Below, one piece after another: positions 24,801 to 38,924 of a stretch of 64,000 nt of DNA; the first letter of the stretch is position 1; each line of letters starts with the position of its first letter. Under the pieces are notes generated by a model. It worked only from the letters and a program-made list of their open reading frames with translations. It searched no databases and was not told the DNA's origin. The stretch is from Mytilus galloprovincialis. Taxonomy: Eukaryota. A program made the position numbers and the translations under genes. The stretch lies in contig NC_134842.1 of NCBI RefSeq assembly GCF_965363235.1, positions 33,912,757-33,976,756 of the forward strand. Direction: 5' to 3'.

Positions 24801-25739
24801 CAGCTAAGGTAATCTATTCATTGGGTAGAACCTCAAATAATTCCGAAATATGCAAAATTTGGAAACAGTTAATCTATTATTATGATATAAAGATTTAAAA
24901 ACACCAGCTTATTACTTATTATTGAAAACGTATTGGTCTGCATGTATACTTGCACATATTCAATCTCACACCCTTTGGTGTTTTGTTGATTATAATCTCA
25001 AGGTTAACATCCTAAAACACAGAAAGAGGTCAAGTGATGGCTAACTATCAGATTAGCAACGTCATATGACGTGGCCGAAAATTTACAACAGCATTGACAA
25101 TCACTTACAAGAATTGTGTTCTTTTGAAATACTATTCTCGTTAAACAGAAATGTCATGCAAAGTATCACCGTACGCAATAAATATATTCAACTGTAGACT
25201 GGGAATCGATTCGGTAGAGTATTTCAAATCTTCACCGAATTCTTTAATCAGCAACCTCAGTCTTTGCTCTCTTTGTTTTCATTGAGTGTAATAACAAGGA
25301 TATATAAGCTACTGGTCACCAGTAGGACTACGGCCACCTCAAGAAAAATCATGTGTGCGATTATTTATTGTATAGAATGTCTACTGTATAGGATGTAAAT
25401 CCATCTACAGAGTTGAACCCATAGAAAATTAAGCAGTTGATGATGGATTTCCTTAAAGATAACACAAATTATACAGAAATTTAGCGTAATGACATAATGA
25501 TACGACCCTATTTAGATATATTGAATGCAAAATAAAACAGTGTGTCGTGATATTTAAGGGATAAAAATAAGTTGACATAATACACAAAGTACACAGTAAC
25601 GTCACTCAGTGACACAGTGGTATCTTCAAACTTTGATGTGATTTGACTTATTTCATCATATATGAAACTGAAACTAAGTTCTATAATCTGCTACAGAATC
25701 TTAATAATTTCTATACACAATATAAAACTTTGATGTTAC

Positions 25740-25830
25740 CTTTCATTGAAACAGCCTGCTCTTCATCATCAACCTTTGCCCTTAATGCTGTTCCATCATA
25801 TACGTATGTTACATTTTTCCATGCTTTATC
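25740..25830 (-). CDS. Gene 2 exon (DKAWKNVTYVYDGTALRAKVDDEEQAVSMK), phase 0/1
   Basis: Minus acceptor ttatgtcaacAG; donor AAAG|GTAACA; phase links 28817 exon (phase 0) to 19708 exon (needs 1 nt); positional equivalent of gene 1 exon 12964-13078. Confidence 0.4.
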
Positions 25831-26249
25831 CTGTTGACATAAAAAAAAAAAAAAAAACAATTCTTAATTGTATTTAGCTTCAAACATTTTTGTGTAAACT
25901 ATATCATTTGATTCATGGATATCTGATCTATATGTATTGTAATGCTAAATAATGTATGTATCGAAGAATAATATGTTGAGGGCAAATTTCACTTAGACGT
26001 GTACTTGCCATGAATTACAAACAAGTGTCGCCAGTTAAACCGGAATTCATTTCACTTTGGGTTCAGATGAGTTAAATACCGAGTTTTTGTGAGGTTAGTG
26101 AAGCTCAAATTTAATCGTCTGTGTAGTGTTGTCTGTTTGTCTGTCTTTTTCCTTTGACCATGGTGTAGTTTTTTTCTACCTATATATCTTCTTTCTTTTT
26201 TGCCATTACAAGTTCAATAAGTTTTGAAGTATTTATATATTTAAGGAAT

Positions 26250-26500
26250 GACTGTAATATTTTTTCTGTCTATGAAGAAATAACATTAAAAATTTGGTGC
26301 ACACTGAATAACATTTTTTATGTTATTTCGAATAGACAGAAAAAATATTACACTCATTTCTTATAATTTAATTCTAAATTCCATTTTAAACCGTAGAAAA
26401 CCATGAAAAAAACGTTGATGACGTCACGGTCACATGACTAAATTATGTCTATGGGCTCATAACAAAATAACGTCAGCCAATCAGAAGACGTGTTACATCC
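26250..26500. repeat. Interspersed repeat family E with internal hairpin (tctgtctatgaagaaataacat / atgttatttcgaatagacaga)
   Basis: Second copy at 34120-34345 in the same orientation. Confidence 0.5.
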
Positions 26501-28816
26501 AAAATTAAATTATATATATATATTTGGCTTTCATTGTATTGGTTTGAGTGTTTCTGGTGAAGGGTAACCAAGAACAATGCTTCAAGTGAACGACATTTAT
26601 CACTAAAACAGTTATTTCATTTAAAGGGAAATGTAGTTGTTTTCACTTGTTAAATTGATAAATAATGTTTGATTTTGTAAGTTGTTATAGACTTCCCCTT
26701 TGTGAATTTACACACGAGTTTAGAATTATTGTTATACTTTTTTAAACGTTTTATGGGCCATGAGACTGAAATAGCAATAAAGTAATTTAAAAATAAAATT
26801 TACTTCAAGTTTAACACATACGGTTTATTATCTATAAGATAACAAAACAAATTAACAGTCCAGACTTATTTTGAGAATGTTAAACAATCTATAATACTAA
26901 AATAACGAGGTCCAATTTGTCAGCCGTCATCGGGTAAAAAAGACAAATCAAAGAATTCAACTTTGTATATAACTAATATAGGACAATGGTGTAGATTAAA
27001 AATTACACCACTCCACACCCTTTTGTTTTCCACATAAATAATATTGCCAATAATAAACAAGTTCCGGGTCGAATCCGATACCGATACCAATAGTATATTC
27101 ACCTGTTACCTATTACCTTATCTGTACGTTCCGCATCTGACAAGCGCACCACCAAACGGTGTAGTTAGGATTTTGCTGGTCATAATCACAGGGTTGACAC
27201 TACTAAATTAAATCATTGTCAATTTGTTCCCTATTGTAGTATTTTAATCAGTAAGACTTTCTAAGATAACAATACGAATACTAAAAATCTGGACTTAAAA
27301 TAAGGCGTATAGGTACTGATTTCAATTTGTTAGCGGGCATGACGTAAAACAGAGAATAAAAAAATTCAACTTTATTTACAATGCTGTTGATTAAAAATTA
27401 CTCCATTCCAGGACCTTTTGTTTTCCAAATAATTAATATTACCAATAATTAATAAGTTCCAGGTCGACGGGTTCAAACAGAAAGATTTTGAAAGCAGAGA
27501 AAACTATGTATCTTATAATCGGCATGACTTTATCAGATTACAATACCAATACTTAAATAAGGCTTACGCATAGTTATATACTTTAATTCAGTCACGGACC
27601 CGCGATATCACGGGTGTGTTCTAGTGTTAACTTAAAAAGCGACAGAAATTAAGTTTTGGCTACCGAGGTAGTCAGTAAAATCACAAATTTAAAATAACAT
27701 CATTCGAATAGAAATAGAAGTGATACGATTATAATACCGTGGGAAGAATTCATGATTGCTCCTATTTAGTGTTGACTTAAATACGTTAAAGCGGTTTTGG
27801 TGGTGACAGTCATTAAAACTACTAAAACCGGACCATGAATGATTCCTCTGAACGTTACTTATAAAAAACCACAAATGATTGATACCAACATGACTAAAGC
27901 AATAGTTATCGTACATTGTTTATGACTTACAAAGAAATGCGGGCTTATCATATAAACAAGAAGTTATTTACGTAAAAAACAGCAAAACATATGTTACTAT
28001 TCTAGAAATTTCAATTTAAACCCCTATATAAACAATACAGCTATAGACTTCGCATAAACAACAACAAAAACATCAAACAACCTATTCATCTATTTGTTCG
28101 GAAAATACTACATTTTTCCTAACAAAAAAGTCTTCACAAGTGCAAACATTTGACAGGAAAATGTAAGTAATTGTCAGGAGGTTAAAGTTTTAAATGTGAC
28201 GACTTGTAAATTTAGGAGGGTAATGACTTAAAACAAAAGGCTTTACTGAAATTAGGGTTTGAGTACGTGTTGTGGGAAATGTCAAGAACATGAGAACAAA
28301 CACTCACAAAATATAAAAAGTAAAATCACAAATATACTGAGCTCTGAGAAAAATTTAAAACGGAAAGTCCCCAATTAAATAGCAAAACACTATACATGTC
28401 AATCCGACGAAAACTACTTTCGGGAAATTTTCTGAGGACACATTGCTAACAACAGGTGTGCTCGCAATTTCGCACTGTTTGGCATTGATAGGGTGATAAG
28501 GCTGTCTGCTTGTATGTTCAAGGTCTTTATTCAAAATATTTAAATTTCGGTTACGTTTTTTATTATAATAGTTTGCATAATGATAAATATAAATATATAT
28601 AAACGTTCTAATTTAAAATTTGAGTAAAAGCAACCTTCATCTTTTAAGGCTATTTTACATAAGTCTAGTGTGATCACTTCTTCAGATTATTTTCATAAAA
28701 AAAAAACCTGACATTTGCCTCTGTTATTACATAGAGTCCCATAAATAGCAACTTTCACTGAATGTTAAAAATAGTTGCCAATATATGTAAACCTTAATTT
28801 CTTGTTGCTTGCTTAC

Positions 28817-29175
28817 CTTATATGGTAATCGGATTTCAGCAGGTCCACTAGCAACTGTATCTGCTCTAAAAATAACTTCTTTATTTCTTGGCGCTAATGC
28901 AATTTCAACCGCACCTAATTCATTATCCGCACAATTAGAAACTAATACTTGTTCATCCGGGCCTCCTGGGAAATCGTAGAAACGCAAACTTATTGTCAAT
29001 TTTTGTCCGAAGTCAATATTTTTATACATCCATATTGTTAACTGTCCGATACCGTTAAATCTACCAGCGTTAGCAACAGAATCCACGTGACCATTATTAC
29101 CAATGGCAATGTGTGTGCCGCCATTATCTATAAGTGGTTTACTATCATAGTCTAAATATATTTCTGGTCTGCAAT
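28817..29175 (-). CDS. Gene 2 exon: unassigned ~119-aa module ((Y)CRPEIYLDYDSKPLIDNGGTHIAIGNNGHVDSVANAGRFNGIGQLTIWMYKNIDFGQKLTISLRFYDFPGGPDEQVLVSNCADNELGAVEIALAPRNKEVIFRADTVASGPAEIRLPYK)
   Basis: Minus acceptor cttcaatttCAG (plus 29176-29178); donor AAG|GTAAGC (plus 28815-28816); contains ORF 28727-29086; paralog of gene 1 exon 10729-11081. Confidence 0.6.
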
Positions 29176-29922
29176 CTGAAATTGAAGAACTGATTTAAGA
29201 ATTTCAAACCAAACAAAATATAAAATTATTAAATGAGATGTGGGAATACGTCAATTAAACTACAACTCGATGTCAACATAAACTGACACTTTTAGAGGTC
29301 AACAAAACGTGTTTACAAAAAGATATGTCTATACAATATGCCAAGGTCTACGCTGTGACTTCTATATGTCTTGTTGGTTCTATTTTTTGAGGTTGATGAT
29401 GCCTCATTCAATAAACGTCTCATCTCCTTTTATTCATATCTGTATATTATATTACAACAGAACAATATCAGATATATGCAACTTGCTTTTAAACATACAT
29501 CGGAATATCATCATTATTTTGGCAAAAATTAAAACAGAACATTACTGATTCAATTTCGATATAATAATAATGATATCAAACAGCAAGTGAGTTCTCTTCA
29601 GTGATATCACCTGTCATAGAGCCAAATGGCGGCATCAATACAAGGAAATGCTCTGGATACATTAAGCCAACAGTATTTAACTGAAGTTAAAATCTCGTAG
29701 ATCGATACACCTAAGCTTACAAACAAAATTAAATAAATTAGATAAACGTCATAAGAAGCGCTACCGGGTGCGCTGAAACGGTAAGTATCTCGTCTCATTC
29801 CTGCTTTGTATGTATCATCCGTCATCCGAATTCACCGAGTCAAATTATCAATAACATTAAGTCGTTTTCTCTGGGTTGATCATATAGTTCATTTATATGT
29901 ATTACAACTCATCCATACTTAC

Positions 29923-30069
29923 AAATACTTGTTACAGGTGCTAAATCAATACAGCCGCATTCTCTGTCATTGTAAAGGGTACCAATTGGACAACGTCGTC
30001 TTATTGTACCATATCCATGGATATATTGGGAGAAATAATTTCTGTCGGCGTCTGGTGACGTTAAACAAG
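29923..30069 (-). CDS. Gene 2 exon: ChtBD2 C-terminal half (CLTSPDADRNYFSQYIHGYGTIRRRCPIGTLYNDRECGCIDLAPVTSI)
   Basis: Minus acceptor ttgcctttCAG; perfect donor T|GTAAGT (plus acttac 29917-29922); CPxGxxYNxxxxxCxC pattern; phase 1/1 joins the 29175 exon in frame. Confidence 0.55.
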
Positions 30070-30149
30070 CTGAAAGGCAACTTCAGTTTATTCTCAAGAC
30101 AAAATAAGCTTAATACATTTTTGTTTTAAAAATTTGATATTTAGTTTGG

Positions 30150-30330
30150 CGAAACGGTTTTGATTTTGGTGGGGTTCGTGTTGTTTATTATTTAGTTTTC
30201 TATTTTGTGTCATGTGTACTATTGTTTGTCTGTTTGTCCTTTTCATTTTTAGCCATGGCGTTGTCAGTTTATTTTCGATTTATGAATTTGACTGTCTCTC
30301 TGGTATCTTTCGTCCCCCTTTTATGGAAGA
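30150..30330. mobile_element. Interspersed repeat family C (ttttggtggggttcgtgt…ccatggcgttgtcagtttattttcgatttatgaatttgactgtctctctggtatctttcg)
   Basis: Copies at 48393-48500, 13845-13935, 26100-26170, 56595-56680. Confidence 0.55.
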
Positions 30331-31404
30331 GTAAGTGATCGGCATTAAATAGTAAATAGAGTAAACTAAACATAAAAATAAACACCGCTGCAGATGCACA
30401 TCAATCAAGTTGAGCGACTTCGATTCTTTAGAGTCTGTTATTTTTCATTTTTAGCCAAAACTATGGAAAATAAAGTAAAATTACATGCTGTGAAAATGAG
30501 CAGTAGGACAAGATCAGCAAATATATTTTATGGACGATACTGTCAGTCTACTTCTTATAAAAGTTGTTTTCCTTTTATGATGGCGATCCTTATTTTTTTG
30601 TTTATTTTGCAAATCCTACACTAGAAAAAGAATGACTATAAACTGCAAAAATGACCAGTAATAAGACATCGACAAAATTTGTATTTTGGCAAATGCTATA
30701 ATAAAGAGAAACATGACATATAAAAAATTATCTACAATAAAAGATCAGTTAAAAGGATATCTTAGTCATTTTCTTATTTCAGTGTTCAGATTTGGAAATG
30801 CACACAGAAAAGACACATGTTTTTAAAAGTCTCTAGTTATGTCATGTGTTAGCTTGCTTTTCACATTTTCCATGTAACAGTTATCGTAAAATAAGCTGTG
30901 GGTTACAAATTTTCGCTTTTATATAGCTTTGTAAGTATTTTTAAAAACATTTTTAGTTTGTGTACTTTTATTTGTTTACCTCCATGTTTAATTTTTTCCT
31001 ATGAAAGAAAATGTGTGAGGTAAATGTCAACAAAACCGCAATCAGACATAATTAATCAGTGTATTTTCTTTTCACTTATTGTTTTTGGGAAAACACTGGG
31101 GTTGTTATCTCCCTTTTTAGGTTTTGATTACCGTTTTTCTCCCCTTTACATTATAATCAACAAAATCATCTTAATCTTGTGTACACTTTTTCCTAATGGG
31201 AGTCAAAATTGATAAATACAATTAGTTGGTTTGTTTGCTAGACAGGTTTTAGAGAAGTCTAAATGAGTGGCAGAAAATACCAAAGGCACATGAAGTTAGT
31301 TGCAATTATTTTTCTTTATTATTATCAATCAAAGTTACGGAAATGAATTAAACCTCTACAAAGAGCATTCTACCACTGGTAAAGTTTCTCTCAATTACAG
31401 TAAT

Positions 31405-31816
31405 TTAAGGATGTACTTAGGTGAGGTAAGGTAAAAATTATAAAATCAAGAATTTAAAATTGATAGTATAAGCTGGTAACTCATTCGTTAAGGATAAAAA
31501 TAAGCTAAAAATATTGATAGGTCATGGACCTCTTTTTCGAGATATTTGAGATTTAAAATATGGCGGGAAAAGGCTGACTCGGACTTTTACCTTATATTTG
31601 CATTGGTATTATTTGGGTCTCAAAACAAAAAAAAAAAGAAAATCAAGAATCTTCTAAAACTTTGGTAAATGACGCTTCATGAACTATTTAGTCTTATATG
31701 AAAAAATAAATGGGTGTTATGGGGCAAAATATTTTACCGTGTGTTGTATGAAAAAAACACCAAGGAGTCCGAACATTTGACACAAATTCCAAAACCTCAC
31801 CTAAGTACATCCTTAA
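31405..31816. mobile_element. MITE copy 2 with perfect 20-bp TIRs, TTAA at both ends
   Basis: Aligns along its length with 2861-3260 (aaggctgactcggacttttacctta…ggggcaaaatatt…ccaaggagtccgaacat); sits in a gene 2 intron. Confidence 0.7.
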
Positions 31817-31869
31817 GACGTGATGCTACTGTTACCTGTATTTGAATTAAACAGTGAACAGTTACTTAC

Positions 31870-32016
31870 GCCCTCTAGTTGTAGATTCGAATGGTCTAAA
31901 TCCAGGTCTCTGCTCTCCAGGAAGCCTAATTGGGTCCAACGGTCTTGTATTTCCATTTCCTGGTCTATTGATAGGTTCAGTAGTTGGTCTAGGTCTTGTT
32001 GGAAAAGTAGCTGTAG
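31870..32016 (-). CDS. Gene 2 exon: Pro/Thr/Arg-rich linker (ATATFPTRPRPTTEPINRPGNGNTRPLDPIRLPGEQRPGFRPFESTTRG)
   Basis: Minus tandem acceptors tttgAG/ctacAG (start 32016 or 32010); donor C|GTAAGT (plus 31864-31869); phase 1/1. Confidence 0.45.
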
Positions 32017-32545
32017 CTCAAAGATAAATAAGACAGTTCACATATAAATTTCTAAAAAACCGTAATTTTGAGTTGATATTAAACATATTTTGCCTTTATT
32101 GCAGTGAGACATTTTCAAAGCAAGATTCCTAATACTTTAACCATTATGTTGTGTTAAGCAATATTGACGTTCCCTTTTCAATCATATGTTTCATATTTTT
32201 AGATGTTCCGTTTAAGTTGTGAAAGAAGCACAAAGCAGGAGAGATCAATATTAAAGAGAAGGAAAACAAGCATTTGAGTAGGAAGTATAGAAAGATTGAA
32301 GTAAGTTTAGAAGAGACAATCTTATTTGAACCTATTTATCCGATCACATCGGATGGTGGTAAAACTAAACATTTTCGGACGATGATTTTGTTTTAATTTC
32401 GCTCCCATTTCTATGATATAAAATGATATCAGCTGCTTTATTCTTCTATGTATAAATCCGATCACGATGGTGATAAACATAAAATTAACGTCAAGATGTT
32501 TTTCAATTTTTCGCGCTTATTCTAATAGTTAATATAATATATCAC

Positions 32546-32701
32546 CTGAATTATTATTTCTTGGTGGCCAATCACATAAACATTTTTCCTGATTAAAATG
32601 TGTTCCATCAGCGCATCTAAATTCACCGGAAGCACGTGATGAGGTTAAATAAACTTTGTATTTTGTTGTATCCCCTTCTACAGGACGTAATACACAACTT
32701 C
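32546..32701 (-). CDS. Gene 2 exon: ChtBD2 C-terminal half (SCVLRPVEGDTTKYKVYLTSSRASGEFRCADGTHFNQEKCLCDWPPRNNNS)
   Basis: Minus acceptor ctttttacAG (plus 32702-32705); donor CAG|GTGATA; CxDGxxFNxxxCxCDWP is the diagnostic ChtBD2 ending; contains ORF 32529-32750. Confidence 0.55.
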
Positions 32702-35406
32702 CTGTAAAAAGTACACATTTTTTGTACAGGAAGAGCCTTCGATTTTTCATTTATTTGTGTTAAGAAGCTATAATTCAAGCAAAGCTGTTGCCATCATTTG
32801 TCTACTGAAAATTCAGAATGTCTTTCGTTCGAGTTTTTTTTTATTGCGAATACTGTAATTTGATTAAAACGCGTAAATAAGAGACATAATATTTTTCAAA
32901 GTGCGAATGCATTTTTGTATGCTGCATTTTCTAAAATTTGATTGATTAAAACCACTTTGTGTTCTTTAAGCATAAATGTGCGCGCTGCCTTTGTTAGTCT
33001 GGTGTTAATTTTAGTTTCTTGTGTATAATTTGGAGTTTAGTATGGCGTCGTTCATTATCACTGAACATTGCCATTCTCAATTTTAGCGTGCAATCATTTC
33101 TGAATTTACAGTCTTTACAAACAATTGCCAAATAAGCATTACGTGCGGTTATTCTAGAAACGTTAAATATTATAAGAGTTTTAGCCATGAGCCTTTGTCG
33201 ATAAACATGTACATCAGACGTCTAAAGCAGAAAGAAGTATAAAGCGTCTAAGAAATCTCAAGCAGACTGGAGTACCATAAAGACAAAAGTGGTTAGAAAG
33301 TAAGAAACAGAGAGCATAGTTACGCTTAAAAGCTCAGTAGTATATACACGCTCACATAAGCATTTATCAAAAGTAAATCATTTAAAGTACTATACAAATA
33401 TTTTTTTTAAATTTGCACTTTATTAGCAAATTGAGCTAATTCTTTACAATACAACAATTACGTATGTCTGGGTTTTTTTGGTTTTTTTTGTTTTTTTTTT
33501 TAATATTTAGAGTTCTTTTGTAATGGCTAACAAATATAAAAAAAAAATCTTTTTTCTGTTTGCGTGAGCATTAAAAGTCTCTGCTATGTCGTAAGTTTCT
33601 GTATAGCTGCACCATTCATTTTTCAAAATGTTAATCAGGGTAATACATTTCTGTTGAACATAATTTTCATTCGATGTCTTAATTTTTACGTGTATAGGTA
33701 AAATGTTACATCATCGAATGGCATCCTTAGTAAGCTAGCATGAATTGATATGATTCTGTTATACCATTACATAGCTTTGCTTCCGATAAATGTACTTTTA
33801 CCCAAAAAATATTAATAACGATAATATGCGTAACTGTTGCTATTTCATGAATTTCTTTGGACTTAGACTATGTGTTTTAAATATGGTTGAATATGTTATC
33901 AGTTCAGAAAATGTACTATTTTACTATAATATATATAGTTGATGGATGGATTTTTTAAGATATTATATGCCCGTCTAAAAATGACAGTCATTAAATTCAG
34001 AAAATGCACTATAAACTAAAATTGATGGACCCCATATTTCAAATATGTGATAGATTGTTATATATGATATGTGACACCAATTCCAGAATTTGGGCTATTT
34101 AAGAATCGAAATACATCTTTTGTCTATGAAGAAAAACCATCAAAAATGTGATGTACACTGAATAACTCGTTGGTATTTTGAATATACAGAAACATTATTA
34201 CAGCGATTCCTTGTAGTTTAATTCTAAATTCCCTTTTCAAGGAGTAAAGCATGAAAAAACGTTCATGACATCACAGTCACGTAAAAAATGTCTATGAGCT
34301 GGTAGACAAAACACTTTCAGCCATAAGAAGACGTGTTACTTCTAAAATGAAAGTAGCATTGGCTTGGCTTAAATGTACTGTTAATTTGTCAGTATAAAAA
34401 TCGTCTGTATCGCCGAATAGTTCAACACAAAGTACTGTGGATTCATTTTTTTTCGTGGGTATCAATTTTCGGGGATTGCTGAAAACTTGCATATTCGTGG
34501 ATATTTGATTTCGTGGTTTTGCAAATTTCTGTATACAAAGCCTATTGAAAATATGTTATTCGTTGAACATTTGAATTCGTGGTTTATCCGTACCCACGAA
34601 ACCCACGAAAATTGTTATCCAGCGAATAATAATGAATCAATAGTATTTTAAAATTGCTATACAACTTGTTAAGATAGATTATGATATTCTTACTGGACAA
34701 AAAAAAATGTATACGACATGCAAACTAAGCAGACTAAAGTGGTACCAAATGCTTTAAGTAAAATCAATTTACCTCGTTTAATTTTCCTCAAATTTGTACG
34801 AAATATTTTACTTTGTCCCTTTGACAAAAATATAAATTACAAATGTTCATTTTATTGGCACAAATTAGGTTTATTTCAAATATTATCAATAGTTCTAGTT
34901 TAAATACCGTCTTTTGTTTTGGTTGTGTTGCTACTGATTATATATTTGCCTATTCCATACTATACATGAAGTATAATAGACGAGAAAAGGGACAACCCTG
35001 TGGTATTGCTATATTTACAATTGATTAACTACTTTATAGTTTTTTCGTTTAAAAGGGTACCAAACACATTGGCTAAAATTAATTTCGCTCGTTAAGTTTT
35101 CATTAAATTTTGACAAAAATATCAAAATAATCTCATAAAACGCTCCCCACAAACTTTATCGGAAAAATTTCATTTGATATATAACAGTTTGACAAACATT
35201 AATGTTGATCAATGAGAAACTTTTAAATATTTCCTAAACAATAGAATGTGATTTAAACGTTCAGCTGATTTTTACAAAGGAATATAAATGTAGTGATAGC
35301 TTGCATGTTTATTAATACCTGCTAGTTTTTTTTTTTCTTATTTTCCATTACTTTTAAATGTTCATGCAGGGTTGGTGGGGGTTGTAAGTGGGGGTTGTTT
35401 GGTGTT

Positions 35407-35440
35407 TTTTTTTTTTTTTTTTTTTTTTGGGGGGGGGGGG
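35407..35440. repeat. T27 followed by G13 homopolymer pair
   Basis: Direct reading. Confidence 0.8.
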
Positions 35441-38329
35441 GTAATCACGCTGTATAGTTTGGTTTTTCTGTCTTTTTTTTTTTTGTTATAAGTAATTCGG
35501 GATTACTGTTTGTTTTTACTTTAATAGCATGTTTTTGTCTGTTTTGTACATTCAAACTATTTTTAATTTTGGGGATAAAAATCATAAAATCTCCCTAACA
35601 ATTTGCTTTCGAATTAATTGAGTTTTTTTTCATATCAAAATAAAATGGAAATTAAAAAATCAAGAATATCTTGCACATTCCAAAAAGTGGTCAATAAATA
35701 AATTTGACAAAAATGAATCATTAAAATTAGTTATGCATGATAAAAAAAAAATCAGTTTTCTTCATTAGCTTTGAAATTCTTCATATACAAATGGGGAACT
35801 ACAAAACCAACAAACTATATTTTATGTGAATAAACTCAACAGGTACCATCCACAAGCATCAATAGACACCAAATACATCAATGGACAAAAACGCAAGCAT
35901 AACTACGAAAGATTTATAAATACTGGTTTTTTTCTACTTACAAAATTGGTACTGTTAATGTTATTATCTGTGCTAATTTTTATTTAAAGAAATTCTTATT
36001 TATCATTCACGAATATCTCGTTCTTCGTCATATCGTGCTAATCGTATGAGCATGAGAAATATATCATAAATCTATTTTTACATTATTGAAAAATATTTCT
36101 GAAGGGGAATTTTTTTAAATGATATAAATACTTACTCATTCTTTGTGATATGCATGTGTGTAAGTACGATGATATGACAATACAAACAGATAAAAATAGT
36201 CCCTGCATACTTCTGAAATTAAACAATTTACACGTTTAATTCTTTAACGACAATTTCGTTAAATAGTTGTGTCAGATATAAATATACGTCATCCTGTATA
36301 TATAATTGTAAAGTGGTATCTTATATGAAATTCATAACTTCTTCTTGTAGAGGCCTTCATATTGGAGAATTTACCCTATTAATACTGCCGATACAACAGG
36401 AAAACAAAAGATTTTGTGTTTAGGACGTCACTATACAAAAATATTTCTTTTTTATCCACTTTTGCTGACAAATTGAAAAAAAAAAATCATGTTTATGTAG
36501 GCTTACTGTAAACTACCGGTTTGAGAAATACCGTTTCCAGTACACTAAAGTGTCTCAGTGATGTGTATTGACCTATTAATAGCGTACTCATATGCATTAA
36601 GGTCGTTGCCAGAGGTGCGGTTTTGTTTTAGGGTGATGAATCAAGACAATCACACAGGTGTTTCGTTTTATCCTATCAAATAAATCTTTGAATGAAAGTT
36701 TTTGCCTTTCGATTTACATTGATCTTCGGACTATAAATAACTAACAGTTTTAACATCTGATTTACGAGAAAATGGTACATTCTGGTACAAATGACTTAAA
36801 TACATTGTAAATTAACGTTTAATTCAATCGATACGTGTTTGGTTTTTTTAATCATATTTCATCAAATACTTAGTAAGATAGCAGGATATTATTGTGTAGA
36901 CTGTATATGGGAACCCATCCTTAGCCATTTTTCCTTGTTAAATTCTTTCAAGAACACAAGAATGTTGTTTCTGAATCCGATTTGTGAATGTGAATTTATA
37001 TTGTAATTTATAAAGTTCACAAGAATGAATGTATTTTTTTATTATATAATTCAAAATGACTTCTTAAAGTACGGTAAATGCATAAATAAGAACAACTTAC
37101 ATAATTATACACAAAAGAAATTAATAAAATATGCAAATTAGATATTACATAATTGATGAATGGTACATTTTTCGTTTTTCAGCCTGTTGTTCAAGGTACG
37201 AGGTGTAAGTCAACGGTAATTACACTAAACCTTAGCAAATGTTTTATTACTTTCACTCACAAAAACAAACATAAATGGGTACCAGTTGGCCTGAGAACAT
37301 GGTTGTTTCGACGTGCAAATAAATTACAAATAAATTCAAATTATACAAAAATCGCACTCTTAAAGTTACCTTACCATTCATCACCCAAAGTTTTATAGCA
37401 TGTTATTTCATTCCTCTACTTCATTTTTCAAGTATAGAATATAAAAAAGTAATTTTTTAGAGCGAATGAAAAAATGTAAGCGTTTATCAAAGGCCGACGA
37501 TAACTGTGTCTTCGGATCAGGAGATGCAAATTTGAGATAGAAATTACATTGATAAAACAAACGATCCCACTTTGAATAGACGTGGTTGATATTCTCAGAA
37601 ACTTATATTATATAAATAACGTCATAAGCAAGTAACAACAAAGATTTTAAAACAATATAAGACACCACTACTGTTATCAGAAGACTGAAAAAATAGTGTA
37701 AACATGGAGTAAAAAAAATATATCATCAATAAATAAGTGGGTTTTTTTCTTTTGACGTTTCTATAGTTTTAGTTTTATCCCTATTGATGATATGGCTATT
37801 CAATATTATACATTTGATCACATTAGTTACATGAGTATAATAGTCGGAGAAATGGATAACCCTGTGGTATCACCATCCGTATAACTTACATACAGTAGAT
37901 GGAAAATATACGGATAATAATACAACAAGGCTGTCCCTTTCCTCGTCTATTTATTGGTCCGAAGGACTTCAATAGCATTAATAAGAATTAATTACATGGA
38001 CGCAATATTTGATTCAAGACAAAAGCTTTTTATATTTAGGCATATATCAAATTACGAATAATTTATAATTCTAACATAACTTACATTTGTACTTTATTGT
38101 TTGCAAAATGGTGTGTACAATATTTCTGTAAAATTATCGTATTCTTGAAGATTAGTATTTACATGACATATATTAGTTTATTTATATGTATAAGTATAAA
38201 AAAAATAGACGTATTGGTAATAAGACAAGTTTCTACCAAAGACCACATGACGTGGATGGTGGTAGCAGGTCTTGTTACGATATCTGGATTTCTACATACT
38301 AAAGTTTTTGTTTAAAGGTATGCAATCAC

Positions 38330-38545
38330 TCAATCAAACAAAAAATATTTTTAACATTTTGTGTGGTATGAAACCTTTATTCGCCAAGAAGATTTAGTGT
38401 TTGTAAAATTTACCTCATGTTGATAATAACATGCTAAAAATACAAAAAATACTTTTAACATCTTTGTGTGGTATGAAATGAAACATTTATTCGCCAAGAA
38501 GGTGTATTGTTTGTAAAGTTTACCTAATGTTGACTATAACATGTT
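38330..38545. repeat. Tandem duplication of a ~105-bp unit (…tgtgtggtatgaaa…cattattcgccaagaag…tgtttgtaaa…tttacct…atgttga…)
   Basis: Direct reading. Confidence 0.6.
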
Positions 38546-38924
38546 ATACTACAAATGTCAAAATATAAAAATGACATGTAAAGGCGTCGAGTACAATACA
38601 ACATATTTATGTTCATATTGTTACATCTACAAGTGCCACATAATTATATACAGAATATTTCTGATCGTAAAAATAATGACGAGAAAAAAACATCAAACAA
38701 TAAATCATTGATTGCTTATCCATTTACCTTTCACAAAATATACTGCAAGTATGATATAAAATTAGTATAATCAAATCTCTTCCGTGTTCTATGGTCGAAT
38801 AGATGGATGTGTAATTAGTCGTATGAATAACAATAATATTTGCTAGCATTTCTATTGGGGATAGTTATGCTCGTTAAATTCCACAAAAGTCCCCCCTTTT
38901 TTTTATCTTTATAATTTTTTTATT

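Noticed and set aside
32994-33188. Minus ORF MAKTLIIFNVSRITA… as a possible first exon or signal peptide of gene 2
   Set aside because: N-terminus is not hydrophobic enough for a signal peptide, and no donor site in phase with the 32701 exon.
37153-37398. ORF preceded by a tttcag acceptor-like site
   Set aside because: Translation has no domain character and no phase partner; a possible tiny exon cannot be supported.
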